The notes beneath the pieces were generated by a model that saw nothing but the letters and a program-made list of their open reading frames with translations, did not search any database and was not told the origin of the DNA. From Macrostomum hystrix (Eukaryota; Animalia; Platyhelminthes): a stretch of 64,000 nucleotides of DNA. Made by a program: the position numbers and the translations under genes. The stretch spans positions 11,408,001 through 11,472,000 of the forward strand of contig CATNEN010000007.1 of NCBI GenBank assembly GCA_950097015.1. The letters run 5' to 3'. How positions within the stretch are numbered: the first letter of the stretch is position 1; each line of letters begins with the position of its first letter. This document shows, piece after piece, positions 1 through 19,796 of this stretch.

Positions 1-6846
<6,846 letters not shown>

Positions 6847-6979
6847 TGGCGAGCTAGACTGGGTGCGGGATTTACTTCAGAATCTGAAAGGTGAAATATT
6901 AAAGAATATTGGCCATTCAACTGAAAGTTTTCATCATTCAACCTAGCCCAGCTGAGCCTTGTAAACTAATGTACAGGTC

Positions 6980-7100
6980 GGCCTCAGAAGCTACAGCAGC
7001 TAAGCATAGGCAGCAACAGTTGTCGCACCCGAGGCGGTCCTCAGGCGCCGGGTCCACATGCTGGCCCGGATTCTGGACCCCTGCGCACTCATCATTGGCC
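6980..7100 (-). ncRNA. Box C/D snoRNA, U6 Cm62 guide (SNORD94-like), copy B, in the presumed 5'-UTR intron of PRP8
   Basis: 121 nt identical to 5099-5219, with unrelated flanks. Ends 96 nt upstream of the acceptor at 6884-6885. Confidence 0.83.
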
Positions 7101-10065
7101 ATTACTGGTCACAAAGCTAGGCTAATTCATTTATTAACTTCATTTTCATAAAGAGAAAATGGGAATCAATTGTATATACACAAATTCTCAGCTATTTTAA
7201 TTTTATAGCTATAGTATTTTCATCAATAATAATAGCACCTTTTTAACTTATAACTTAGAATATTATAAATATTATAAATATTATAAATATAAATGTAAAT
7301 GAATATAGGAACCAAATTAAAGAATTATATTTTCTGTATTCTTGAGTTTTTAATGTTTTAAGACCATTATAACCAATAAAATGTTTTTGTTTACCTATGT
7401 AAAAGAATAATAGATAGTACAAGTAACACAGTAAATAATTATATTAACCCAATTTACTATCAAATAGAAAAAAATTAAGAATTATAACAATTTTAAATAT
7501 TTTGATAGACACCAAAAATATATATTTGAAATTTGAAATTTGTCATTCTGCCTCGACCCTTTTGCAAGTGGTATAAAAATAATCCTTTGTACAACATGGG
7601 TTAAGATTGCAATACAATGTACATTAACTATGATTAATCAATTAATCAGCCAGAACAATCAGATAAGCTGCTATAAATGTCATTTCTCAGATTGCCTAAT
7701 AACTCATTGTAGTAGATAATAGTGTGAGATGCAAGACAGCACTATGTCAAAGACATTGATTTGGTATATGTTATGCCATAGGAACTTATCTCAAGGTTAC
7801 TATTGATAAAGAATATCAGATATTACATAATTGGACCTACTTAGATACCTTCAATGGTTTAATTTATGAATGGTAACAGTTGGGACAACTTTAGTGTAGG
7901 ACCAAGACTATAAAACATGAAGACTGTCATAGCTGAGGAAGGTTGGGGTATGACTGGTGGTCTACTATTTACAATTGTATAGCTTGGAATGGGTAGATGC
8001 AAGGTTAATATAGTTCTAGGACTAGCACACTCAATAAGAAATTATATTTCAAATTTAAGATAAAAACCTAAGTTGTTGCTCAGTCTTAGGTTCTTTAGTC
8101 TAAAGTTTTACATTATGTGAACAGCCTATGATATTTGTTCTCTTTAATCTGGAATGCCAGAGCAAATACTCACCCAACCAGAACCATTGCCAATTAGAAT
8201 GCCAAGAAGGAAATATTATGGTCAATCACATTTTTCATCCATAAGCTTTGAGAATTATGCCCTTGTATTTTTAGATACAAATGTATGTTATATAGAATAT
8301 ATATACTCCCTTTATACATTTTAGGCTTTATCTGTAATTTATCCTATTTCATGCCATGGTAATGTTTTATGTGAAAATTATTAAAACATACTAAAGCAAA
8401 ATGAAATAGTTACAAAGTCAAATAGATATAAAAATTAAAAATGATGGGTACATTGTCTCTTAATGAGCAGTCAATTAAACATTATAATAATTTACCAAAA
8501 CATTTAGTCATACAAATGAATTGTCAAACTAAAATTTGTGCTTGACTGAAGCACTAGAATATTGACTTGTTTAAGACAATGTCCTTGTTTCCATGTGTTA
8601 CATTTTTTACCACTTTTTCTTCATTTCAGCACAAATCAAGGCTAAACAACCACAAGCACTTATAACTAGGCTTTATCTTGATAAAAATTGCTGTCATAGG
8701 CTAACCTCTATGACCTAAGGATCGACTCAATATGATCTGATCCTATCAACAGTGGATGCTTAGTTGACTTTGCATTGACTAGCAACTTATGATCTGTCAG
8801 ATCTGATAGCCAATTTATGGAACTGCAGCCACTATCCTGAAGCTTAGGCTAGCTATGCTGTTTCAACATTAGGGAAGGTAGAGCTGGCTATATCAATGGA
8901 TAAGCCTGGTATTGTTTTACCTGCCAAACATAGACTATTATAGTGCTGATAATAATATACTAATAATACTATTAATGCATATTCAATTCCATAGTCTAAA
9001 TCATGTAGTATATGTCCAAAAACTCAGGTATGCATTGCCATTGGTGCTAGCTCCACAATTTGGTATATATGGTTGGCATACACTTGCATCACACAGAATT
9101 TTTAGTGTGCATATTCTATGCTCAAGGTAGTTATAATGCATATGTGTAGCACTAATGACAATGTTGGACTGTTGGTGACTAATAATAGTAAACTCTATAT
9201 GCTATTAGAGTTTTACTTTTTAAAACATTTTTTACAATTAATTGTGCAAACAAAATCGTTTTTTTGTGTCAACAAAATAATGTTTAGCATTCCACTTTTT
9301 TTTCTGGCATGCACACATACTGCATGATCAACTTTTCTAATTTGGTTAAGGACATAACTTATCTTCATTGAGTTAAGATACTAAATGCCAACCTCTAGGT
9401 CAGATTTACAACACAAAGCTGAAACCAGTAGGCCTAGACTACAAATCTACAATGAACAACTTGAACAAGCTCCCTTATACTTGTGGTAACTTCTAGCATA
9501 CAAGGGACATGATTCTGACTTATAATGGCTATGTACTAACTATAGGCCTTATATGTTGGCTCAAACCAATGAGTGGCTGTAAAGATATTCGTTTTTATCA
9601 GGTAAGCAAAACTTAGCTATTTTGATCGACAGATAGTTTCTAAACAATACAAACAGCCTTGATATCACCTATATTTAATAGATAGCGGTCAGCGCTCTTC
9701 TTTCCATTCCAGTTTCTTTGCAAATCCTACTATGGCACTTAAATGGTATTTTTTAATATGAATTTCATGAGAACTAACAACGATTCTACGCTGGCATAAT
9801 ACAACCTATACATACTGATGGAATGTATAATCCATCCATCATTATTAATATGAATGTATAATGTATAATGGAGTGTAATAATCGCGATCAGCGATTATTA
9901 ACATCATCTATTTCGAACTGTTGAAATTATTCACTTTGAAATGTAGCCTAAACAAAGAAAAAGTATAACATAAAGTAAGCAGATGCCAGATGTTAATGGG
10001 TGTGCTAATATTTTATAAATGTGTAAATTTGTATTCGATTCTTGCTCTTGCTCAATTTTTATATA

Positions 10066-10118
10066 GTGTTTCCTAAGGACCACTAGAAGAAGATCTTCTA
10101 GTGGTCCTTGGTGTTTCC
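10066..10118. mobile_element. DNA-transposon (P-element-type) excision footprint or minimal TIR remnant with 8-bp TSD
   Basis: GTGTTTCC [tAAGGACCACTAGAAGA aga TCTTCTAGTGGTCCTTg] GTGTTTCC: two 17-bp arms (16 bp perfectly complementary), a 3-nt spacer and an 8-bp direct repeat. Confidence 0.7.
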
Positions 10119-11356
10119 ATTTGCATTTTTAAGCCGGAAACATTTTTAACTAAGATATAATCATCTAAGGAAAAAAACCTTTAATTTAGAATTACTTTTT
10201 ATGTTGAATATTTAATATTGCTGGTCCAAAGTAAGTCACTGTGTTTTGAAATTTTATCTTTTCATTTCTTTAAAGTGGGCTTGATTGGCATATGATTCCG
10301 GATACTGATACAATTATACTTCAAGATGAGGAGTCGAGGTACTTCGATTTTATCTACTAGGATGTACTGTATGCTGCCTAATTACTCAAGCTGGTGGCAC
10401 TGGTAACGGTTTCTTTACTAGCTTTTGCGGATTGAAATAAGGAATTTTACTTTTTTACTTTTTACTTATAAAAGAAGGCTAATTCGGATATATGGAAATT
10501 CGGAAAAACTTTTAAGTTTTCTAAAAGACTTAGAATATGTTTTCCAACATATTCTAAAAAATCTTTCTTTATCGCCATCACATATTTTTTATTCACGTGA
10601 CCAAACTGGCGACCAGTAATGCACCACAAATTCTGCTCATAGAATCATAATAGATATTGGACTCATCAAATCGAAAACTATATATAGATTTCTCTCAAAT
10701 ATATCACTGCGCCCCGCAGGGTATCATTGCGACCTTGAGAGTTCGCAATTTTAACAGATGGCATTTATTCCTGTATCTGTTTCATCTTCATTTTGTTTAT
10801 TTTAGCCCAGTTTTAAACCTTCAAAACTGCTTTAGGTTTTATTTAGCTCACGAAACCGCTTAATTTTCTCAAATATTATATTCTGATATTCAGCAAATTT
10901 CCAGAATACGAATATGTGCTCCTTTTTTAATGCAAAGTTACCTCGGTTAACAAAAACTTTTGATGCAGTCCCAGATAATACTCAGGGTGCGCACAGCGCA
11001 CACCTAGATAGTGAATACATGCAGTAGCTGTCTTCGTTTTAATGTAGTTTCGCCCAAATATTTAGCGACTTGTAGTTCAGTAGAGTGGTGAAATAAACGA
11101 CCCTGCATGTGGTTATGGTAAAAAATCATTTGTTCTTTTGTGGTGCCCCCTGCACAATAGCTTTGCAACATTCTATCTCTGCGCGGCTCCCCGCCTCCTC
11201 TACTTTCTGCTCGCTCAAACCCCAATCAGCAGCTAAGCGGAGACCCCCAAACAATAAATAGACTTGCCTTCACGCCATTGCACTTGACAAGCTAGATGGC
11301 CTTCGCCCCACTCACTATTCTACAGAGAGCCGGCTAAATAGCCTTTAGGGACTCTC

Positions 11357-11370
11357 GTTGTCATGGCTAC
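11357..11370. promoter_or_regulatory. RFX X-box-like motif GTTGTCATGGCTAC
   Basis: Two mismatches to GTTGCCATGGCAAC. Lies about 230 bp upstream of the orphan ORF. Confidence 0.3.
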
Positions 11371-11598
11371 GAGAGGTGGGTACTCCCAGACCTTCTGGTT
11401 GTTGCTTGTTGGCTGAGCACATCGACAAAGCGTACAGTTTACAGCAATCTACACACGCAGAGTACAGGCAGCATCGTGGGCGATTCAGGTGAGCTTAAAA
11501 AGCATCGTTCTGCGACAAACTGAGTTAGCCTGCTCACTACTCTACTCAAGTGCAGAGTTGCTCCTAATAGCTCCACTCATTCTGCTGATACGGTGACA

Positions 11599-12188
11599 AT
11601 GTACCGGCAGTACCAGAGCCAGAACAGAGCGTCTGCGGAGGCTGCTGCCCCGTCCAGTCCGCAGGCCGAGAAGTGCCCACATCCCGAGGACAAGGTTTTA
11701 TTTCACCTGGTGCTGGGCGGCTGCTACGACCACGGCGAGTATGACTTCAGTTTCGCGGCGGAGTGCGAACCTGATGAGAGACCACTTTTAGTCCTCAAAA
11801 CACTCAAGTAGGGAGTATAGAGTTAGAGAGCTGGCGATCTCAAATTCTCCTGGCTTTCCCATCCTAATTGCCTAAACTGATTGGCAGACTGCTGTGTACG
11901 TCAGCATATTACCTCTAAAGTGCACTGCTATCCCAGATATATTTTTTGAATTCACAGCAGTCACTAGGAGAGGCGCCAGCTCGAAGTGACTCGAAGCCGC
12001 ACTTGCGCCAATGCCCGCAGGTTTTCGCCAACGGCGCGTCGGAAACCGGCGGCATCTTCCTGCAGAGGATCCGCGGCCAGAAAGACTGGTTCCAGCAGCG
12101 CTCGGTCACGGATGACGGCTACTATTTCCTGGGCTGGCTGGATAAGTACAGCATCGACTATCGCGAGGTGGACAAGCTGCCGGTCTAA
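11599..12188 (+). CDS. Putative ~158-aa protein of unknown function. Exons 11599-11807 and 11921-12188
   Basis: Two ORFs with GC3-rich codons can be joined by a GTAGGG...AAAG phase-2 intron. There are short upstream exon-like segments with GT donors and AATAAA near 12314. The acceptor choice is uncertain. Confidence 0.5.
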
Positions 12189-13193
12189 AAAAACTCAAAC
12201 GCGAGAGCCTCAGATGCGCAAAATTGCTGCTGCTTGCAAAAATGTGACTTGCCTTATCTTTCCCTGCGCCCTACGTGCGTCCTTGCTGCTTTTCCTCGCT
12301 TGCCACGGAAAGCAATAAAATACGACTCGCATCTCTGCTTAAACCAATTGTCCAGCATCCAACCCATGACACTGTTCATAGTGAGCTGCTCACCAAGACC
12401 TTATATCGTCTCTGCGTATACTGTTGTACTGTATATTGTAGGCCAACTCGAACAAGGATGCCAAATTTGGGAGATTGAGTAAGAAGGCCGTATGTTCTGC
12501 ACAAGTTGACAATAAGGATGAAGCAAAGTAATTATCTTAAAATATAGATTTACAAAGCAAAGAAATCTTGCTTCTTGTGTTCAGCGAATAGTTTTGTTCC
12601 ACACGAATGTTTTGATGAATAAAGCAAGACTGTCATGCATGAGAGCACATTAACCTTGAGTGCAGACTCAGAAATGATGAAAGAGAAGCAGAGATATTTT
12701 AATCCTCAAGCTAGCAGGAAATGTGGCCTCCTTGACGCTCCGATGCAGGCCTGTTAAAAGGCCCGCTGGAAGGAGATAGGGAGCCTGGGCAGGCGCTGGC
12801 AGTCTTGTTGAACCGAGCGGCTGCGGCCCATTTCAGCCTCGAAGAACTCGCCGTGGGAGGAAGGGTCACTCGGCTTCAATTATTCACAAGGAAGTGCAGC
12901 TGCATCACGCTGACTGCGGGCGGATGCGATGCTCAGCTGCGAGTGGTCGCCCGCCCTCCCACACTCGAACATTTTTCACCGTCTTTTTTTCTCAGCTCCC
13001 AAGGGAGCCTGAACAATTGCAAACGAGTGCTCAGGGCTGGTTTATTTATGCTTCAAGTCATCTAAGTGGGGAATATGCTAAAGTGCCTACGACCGGTTTT
13101 CACAACATCGAATGGATCATCTTTCCAAGAAATCTGGACAAGTCTTGTCTCATTGTGCGGTGCTGCATTCCAGCATTCCTTTCGATGCTTAAC

Positions 13194-16100
13194 TCAATAA
13201 ACGTCGTGCCACTGGTAGACGATGCTGGGCTGGTTGCGGAAGCAGTCGTTCCACTGATCGATGCCGCTGCCCTGCGCGTACCTGGCCGGTCCGATGGAGG
13301 TCTTGCCCAGCAGCCGGTGCGACCCGCGCTTGGACTTGGCGCAGATCAGCACGAAAAGGTAGACCTCATCGGTGACATCCGGCTCCAGGTGGAAGGTGAG
13401 CTCCTCACGAATGCTCGGGCTGGCCAGCCGCTCCTTGATCAGCGCAGTCTTCTTAGTCTTCACGGTTTTCTCGTTCGCCATGATGCTGGCTCGCAGATAC
13501 ACTGCCGCTGTGGGAATTCAGGGATGTTCAGCTTCAGAGATGAGGCTGTGGGCTAGTTTCCGTTTCACCTGGCTCGAGGGAGATCCGAGCGGCGGACTGC
13601 AGGTGAGCGGATTTCACCTCCCCCTTAGCAACAAGACAGCCCCGCGTTTTTCCTTCACTTCTCTTCTGCCAACTTAATCAAATCTTGAGTCATTGTTTAC
13701 GAGTTCCAGGTTTGGAAATTTGAGTCTATGTACTGGCTTCTTTTAGGGCACTCAGTCGTATGAGTGAGGCCGCTCGTCGAAGACGATTCTTCCGCTTAAC
13801 TCGCTGGAAACTCGTAACTTTTCAAAGCGCTCCTGTCCCCTAGCAGCTTCTGGGGAAGCGGGGCTCCCCCCACCGGCTTCCTGAACTCGCTGAGCTCCAC
13901 TTCCCTCGCGCCAACCTGCACTCGCTTGACTGGAGCAGCTGGAGCCGACTGGAGCCGACTGGAGCCGACTGGGTGTTGCCTATTTTGTAGCCGCCGCAAA
14001 CTGAAGGCCTCATTAATCAACCGAATGCAAATGGAGACTGAGCCCCATAAAACATTGCGCCTCACCATCAGTGTCCTGAACCTTCAGGTCGTGGCCCTCG
14101 ATCAGACCCACCAGGAGAACCCGACGCGGTCCGTTGTAGCTCAGTGACATGTGAATGCGAGCCGGGGGGCCGCTGAGCGGTTGCTGCGGGAGAGTGCCGT
14201 TGATGGTCGGTATATGTGAGTAGTTCTGTGTCTACTAATCAATCAATAAGGCAAACAGGTGAAGCCGGAGCAGCGTGTTTGTGTGGGAGGAAGCCATACC
14301 GTCACTACTCGAGTACGTGCCTTCAGAATCCCGAATCACGACATTGCAAAACTCACTGGAAATCCTTTCATGTGAAAAAAAACAAAAAGGGAAAGGCCTC
14401 ATTCCGCATTCAAAAGGCCGCTGCAGAGCTCTTCCTTATGTAATTGGAAATCTCCTTAATTACATGAGGCCGTGCCGGGCCATCCAGTGCAGGATAATGC
14501 AGCCTGGCCATAAGCTGCAGCAGACTTCGGACAAATAAAAAAATGATTCTTTATAGAAGCAATCAATAATCAGGAAATGTCTGGAATAGCTGTATAGCCA
14601 TTGCCAGGTCATTCAGCAGACATAATTGCCTCAATCCCAGGCGAATCCCCAGCCCCCGCGACGATCCTCAAAATAGGTTTGCGGAGAGGCAGAGCCCCGT
14701 CTGGCCCACTGCCGAGCTGGGACAATTGTTCGCAAGGCCAGTCGAGGCTCCTGTAGCGAAGCACCTGTACCCGCGACCTCTTTGAAACAAAGAGAAGGCG
14801 CTCATTGATTCTACTCAGACTGGGCGGAGCCTCAGAGGGGCGGTGCCCACTCCCATCCCCAGCTCCGCATATCCGCCCACTCCATTCGCTTGCCGGGAAC
14901 CTGAGGCATCTTCCGCTCTTTCCTCTTCCCGCCGTGGCTCTCGCTCGCCGCTCTCTGTCACGCGATCTGCGTGTCCCAGCCCCCTCCCAGCGCGGCCTTC
15001 TCTGAGATTTCGCATGTGAATAAAGAGGGTAGGCAAAAGTCAGGGCAGTGAGTAGCGGCGATGCGGTAACTCGTACGGGGCCGCAATAGGCGGCTGAGGG
15101 GGGGTACTTTCCGCCCGCGGCTACTCACGGGAGGCTTCTGCACCAAAGCGGCTTCCCTGGCTAACCCCTTGCCTTTCACCTTGGCTTTTAGCCTGATGCC
15201 AGACCTGTGGGAATATTTTCATCCTGGCTTCATTCGCTGGCTTTAAAGTGCGCCCAACAGGAGCGGGTGAAGGAAAGTTCTGCAGTCACGGCATCTCGCT
15301 CGCGCCGGCTGCAGAGAATGTAGCCACCGGTTTGTAGATTGCCGATGGCTCGCAGGGAGGAGCAGATTGAGCGCAGGGATAGGAAGGCTCACCTCCGGCT
15401 GCAGGTCTCGCCAAATCTCCCTCTGAGTAAGGTCGCCTAGGGAGCCCAGCTGCAGGGCGCAGCTTCCGATGAGGCGCGGCTTGCCCACCGTGACCTTTTC
15501 CTTGACTTTGAATAGCAGGCTGGCCTGGCTCAGCTGCTCAGGCTTGCAGGCCAGGCTGAACTGCTGGTCGAAGCGCGGGTTGCAGGCGGCGCAGACTGCG
15601 TGGGTGTTGTGCTTGGGACCCTCGCTCTGCGGCCCGGCCAGCCGGAGTGTGACGTAGAAGAAGCCGGTGTTGCGCGGCGTGCAGCGAACGAGGCAGCGCG
15701 CACTGACCACTGTGACAACCAGCAGGGCACGGGTCGGCAGCCAGCCGAGGCAGATGCACAGCTTGCCGAGAGACGTCTCGTGCGCAGCCTCATCCGACAG
15801 GTACAGCGCCGGGTCCAGGCCGAACTCCGCCCAGGCGGCTTCCTCGCGACGGGCGTCGCCAGCGGTGGGCCGGTGCAGGTCGTTGAAGGACGAGGAGCGG
15901 CGCTGCCGGCGCAGATAGCGCATGGCGGCAGTTTCGCCGGACAGCGCCGCCGGGCACTCGCTGCTCCGCCCGGCTGACGGGTGCAGTAGAGCATCCATCG
16001 TGGTCGTTGGGCCAACTCCAGAAGTGGCCGCGCCACTAATGAAACCAGCAGCCTCTGAGAGACCCTCGGTCTCAGTGCTGCCAGATATGGACCGCCGACG

Positions 16101-16304
16101 CCAGGAGTAAAAGGTCCTGTAGCCTCCGCCACCCTTGCCGCCTCCGCCGGTGCCGCTCTCTGCTTCGCTGGACTCCTGGCAGAGCAGCGGCCCCAGCTTT
16201 GTGGTCACTCGGCGACGCCAGCAGAAGAAGGCGAGGATCGCAGCACTGGCGAAGAAGCCGAGCAGCGAGCAGAGGACCACGGCTGCCACGTCCTGCCGCT
16301 GCAT
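13194..16304 (-). CDS. Synaptotagmin-like protein (~447 aa): N-terminal TM helix, linker, C2A, C2B. Exons 16304-15393, 14183-14066, 13507-13194
   Basis: Hydrophobic N-terminus (AAVVLCSLLGFFASAAILAFFCW) followed by RRR. C2A: LGKLCICLGWLP...NPRFDQQF...EIWRDL. The middle exon QPLSGPPARIHMSLSYNGPRRVLLVGLIEGHDL is absent from the ORF track. C2B ends QWHDVY. Intron phases are consistent. Confidence 0.88.
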
Positions 16305-17432
16305 GCCACTCTACGAAGCCGCCAAGTCCGACGGTGGTTCGGCTGAGTTCTGATTCCGAGCTGTTGACGCGCCTAATTTCTGCTCAGCAGCATCTGAAAT
16401 TTGAGCTTGAGCACGAAAGTCTCGAAGCTTTTCCTTGCATCGATGCCGCCCGCCCCTCTCCTTGTCCTTCACAACGGTGCGGGTGGCACAGACTGCTGCA
16501 GCCAATCGGAATCTCGGTGGAAGCTGCCATTGTAGAGGACTCGCATGACCATGCGGATTGGATGGCGAAGGAGCAAAATAGGCGAAGGCAGGAGGGAAGC
16601 GAGCAGACACGAAGCTCAGGTTCCGGATTCCGGCCCCCGCGTCGCGTCTCTTTTAATCCCTTTGCCCGCCTGAAGATGGAGGCTGAGCGGGAGCAATATT
16701 ATCCCCCGGAGCGAATTGTCAGTGCGCGCTCGGGCAGTGGGGAACGCAGAGCACTCGATCGCAAGTTGATCGAGTCTCCGCAAGCACTCGCAATTCCGTC
16801 CCCGCTCACCAAAAAACTCCTTCCGGGTTGGCGTGAGGCTCCGGGGACGCCCTTGAGACCTGAAAGCTCCGGCCGGCTCGCTTGTTTGCCGAACTGCGGG
16901 TCGCGGTTTGTTTGTCCACCCTGGGCTGGGGTCGGCTGGGATAAGGAGTGATGAAGGGCGGGGCAGCTCGCAGCCCGCCATGCTTGCTGAGCTGTCAGTG
17001 GCGTCAGCGATTGATTTTCCTGCAGTTTGACGCCCTAGCAATGCGACACCCTCACTGACCGCCCTCGATAGATATTATAGGCTCGAAGGGCGGCAAAATT
17101 GCCGACTCGCTTCAGTTTTTGTACAGTTTGGAAATATTCTTCGGTCTCTACTGCCATGAGTAGGCTGTGTGGGATTTTTCAGCTAATTTTCAAATCAAGA
17201 GTCCCCTCTTGCACCATGCATTGCTTGTGAGTACTTCAGTTCTATTTTTTCCACCTGGCTGAGTGCGCTCACACCATTTTGAACTTAGGTGCGCGGTAGA
17301 AATTTCTGCTCAGAACCCCAGCGTCAGCTGCTTTTGCTATAGAAAGGCCTGAGTACTTTATAGTGTAGCAATTCATGATGTTACCTGCTTAGTTGACTTT
17401 AGTTAAGAGTAAATTTCAGCGCTTTTGGATGG

Positions 17433-17692
17433 TTAGCTCATGCATCATCAGCATCACATGTTCTATTTGGTACTGGCTCCTCTTTTAGCTCATGCATCAT
17501 CAGCATCACATGTTCTATTTGGTACTGGCTCCTCTTTTAGCTCATGCATCATCAGCATCACATGTTCTATTTGGTACTGGCTCCTCTTTTAGCTCATGCA
17601 TCATCAGCATCACATGTTCTATTTGGTACTGGCTCCTCTTTTAGCTCATGCATCATCAGCATCACATGTTCTATTTGGTACTGGCTCCTCTC
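17433..17692. repeat. 52-bp tandem repeat, about 5 copies
   Basis: ttagctcatgcatcatcagcatcacatgttctatttggtactggctcctctt repeated. Confidence 0.95.
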
Positions 17693-18099
17693 TCACAATG
17701 TCGGGATAGTAACTATTTGGAATAGTACTGAATTTCCTCAGTTCTCAAATGCCCAGGCAAGCTCGGAGCACTGCCGCAGGTGACTCAGAGCCTGCACTGT
17801 AATCTTGCTGAGCTGTGTGCTTACAGAACTCATTCAGCCTGCTCTCTCCCGCCGCCTGAGACCTATTGTCAAATCTACAAGTATTTAGGTCGGGCCCGAA
17901 CTTCCGCCACAATGTCGCTATTATCTGCGTGTGCTGAGCACTCTGAGGTGAGTCAACCGCAGCTACAGGCACCTGTGACTCACTCACAGCGGTACCCGCA
18001 CAGTAGAATTGGGTCTGACCCGAGTTTAACCTGGCCAAAACCCCTGGCAGCCTCGGCTGGCTGATTCAGCAATTGTCCAGGGTGCGAATCAGCATAGTA

Positions 18100-18364
18100 T
18101 ATTATAATATATATATATATTATATGCATATTATATAACTGCCCCTATTGGGCCACATATGCAGCCGACACCACAGCGCAGCCTACGACTGTTCAGTCCA
18201 TGGACTGGGAAGACGCCACACACACCCTCAATTACCCCAGCTCATGCTGGTAAAATAGATATTTAACAACTGAATGAACTGAAGCAATGTAGAGTTATGT
18301 CGGGAATCGAACCCTCGACCTTCAAGTCGTGAGTCCGGCACTCTAACCACTAGACCACAACTCC
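18100..18364 (-). mobile_element. tRNA-derived SINE copy with (TA)n-like tail
   Basis: Reverse complement begins GGAGTTGTGGTCTAGTGGTTAGAGTGCCGGACTCACGACTTGAAGGTCGAGGGTTCGATTCCCGAC (A and B boxes). The body is shared with 49378-49674. Confidence 0.8.
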
Positions 18365-18739
18365 TGAAGTTCAGAACATCCCGGTCTACGGTGTATCAGC
18401 CAGCATGTGGGAGCTTTTACTCGTAGTCCATACCGGGACTGAGCTTCGGACTGCTCAAGCCTCAGCCCAATGAGCACAATCTGTCCTTGAGCATCTCTGG
18501 CACTTACTTCCCTAGCTGCTTCAGTTCACCCAGTTGTAGAATAGGTGAGTTTGAAAATAGCATGAGCTGGGGTAGAACTGTGGGCGTTTGTGGCGGCCTG
18601 TCAAGCCCGCGGAGTGGACAGTTGTACACAGCCTTTGGAAGTGTTAATTGCAATAGCTGCGCTGTTCCACTGGCTGGGTTAACATCTGGCCCAATTCGGC
18701 TGTGTGCTTTTTTGTTTTATTTGCTGAAATAAAAGCAAA

Positions 18740-19039
18740 GGTCATCCAGTGATTCTGCCAAGACCCTCTGGTCATCCAGTGATTCTGCCATGACCCTCTG
18801 GTCATTCAGTGATTATGCCATGACCCTCTGGTCATTCAGTGATTCTGCCATGACCCTCTGGTCGTCCAATGATTCTGCTATGACCCTCTGGTCATCCAGT
18901 GATTCTGCCATGACCCTCTGGTCATTCAGTGATTCTGCCATGACCCTCTGGTCATCCAGTGATTCTGCCATGACCCTCTGGTCATCCAGTGATTCTGCCA
19001 TGACCCTCTGGTCATTCAGTGATTCTGCTCAGACCCCTC
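18740..19039. repeat. 30-bp minisatellite (ggtcatccagtgattctgccatgaccctct)n
   Basis: About 10 copies. Confidence 0.95.
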
Positions 19040-19796
19040 CATGAGCATATCCCAAAAAACTCGCTGGTAAAAATAAAATCACACAGGAACAGAAGCAATG
19101 GTCAGTCTTTCAGTCTTAATAAAACGGTTTATTAAAATTTTATTCATCAGTTCAGCAAGGATTTTTTGTTGGCACTGCAGCCGAGTTCCAAAGTTACGCC
19201 AGCCAGCTAGCCCATACTCAAAGGTAGGCATGGCGCACAGCGGTGAGCTAAATGACATGAGCAGCAGCAGGTGCGGTGCACAATGCAGATATATTATACA
19301 AGCAAATCAGGCGTGGGCCGCAAGGGGAAATACGGGAGGGATACCTGAGGAATCGCTGTACAACAATGGACTGGGAGTAAGGAGCTCTGGCTTGGAACTG
19401 CGGCTGCGGCGGTGAAGCAAGATCTGAGTAGTACAAGCTAAGAATCTCACACCTGGCTATAATGCATTGTGGACGCCCTTCTTCATTATTTAATTAAACA
19501 GACCTACAAGAGCTCTGCAGCTGCCGCAGTGCTTCCGAGCCGGGGGAGGCGGGGATCGGGACGCGGCATCTGAGTGGCCCAGGCGTGGATATGGAGATGG
19601 CAGTAAAGCATGGCATGGAAGAGGGGGCGCATTCGCAAAAGCCAAGCGATGCGGCGCATGCAGTGACGCGAGCTCCATACTGTACACAGAAATAGAGTCG
19701 ACAGAAAGTGGGGCAGCAGCGGGAAGCGGGTTGGCGGGGTCGGTAGTGAGCGATCGTTTCCTGGTGGCCGCCGCATCGCGGGACGCCTGGCGGCTG

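Noticed and set aside
7150-10000. Short ORFs in AT-rich DNA (also 50-54 kb)
   Set aside because: No codon bias, splice structure or recognisable motifs.
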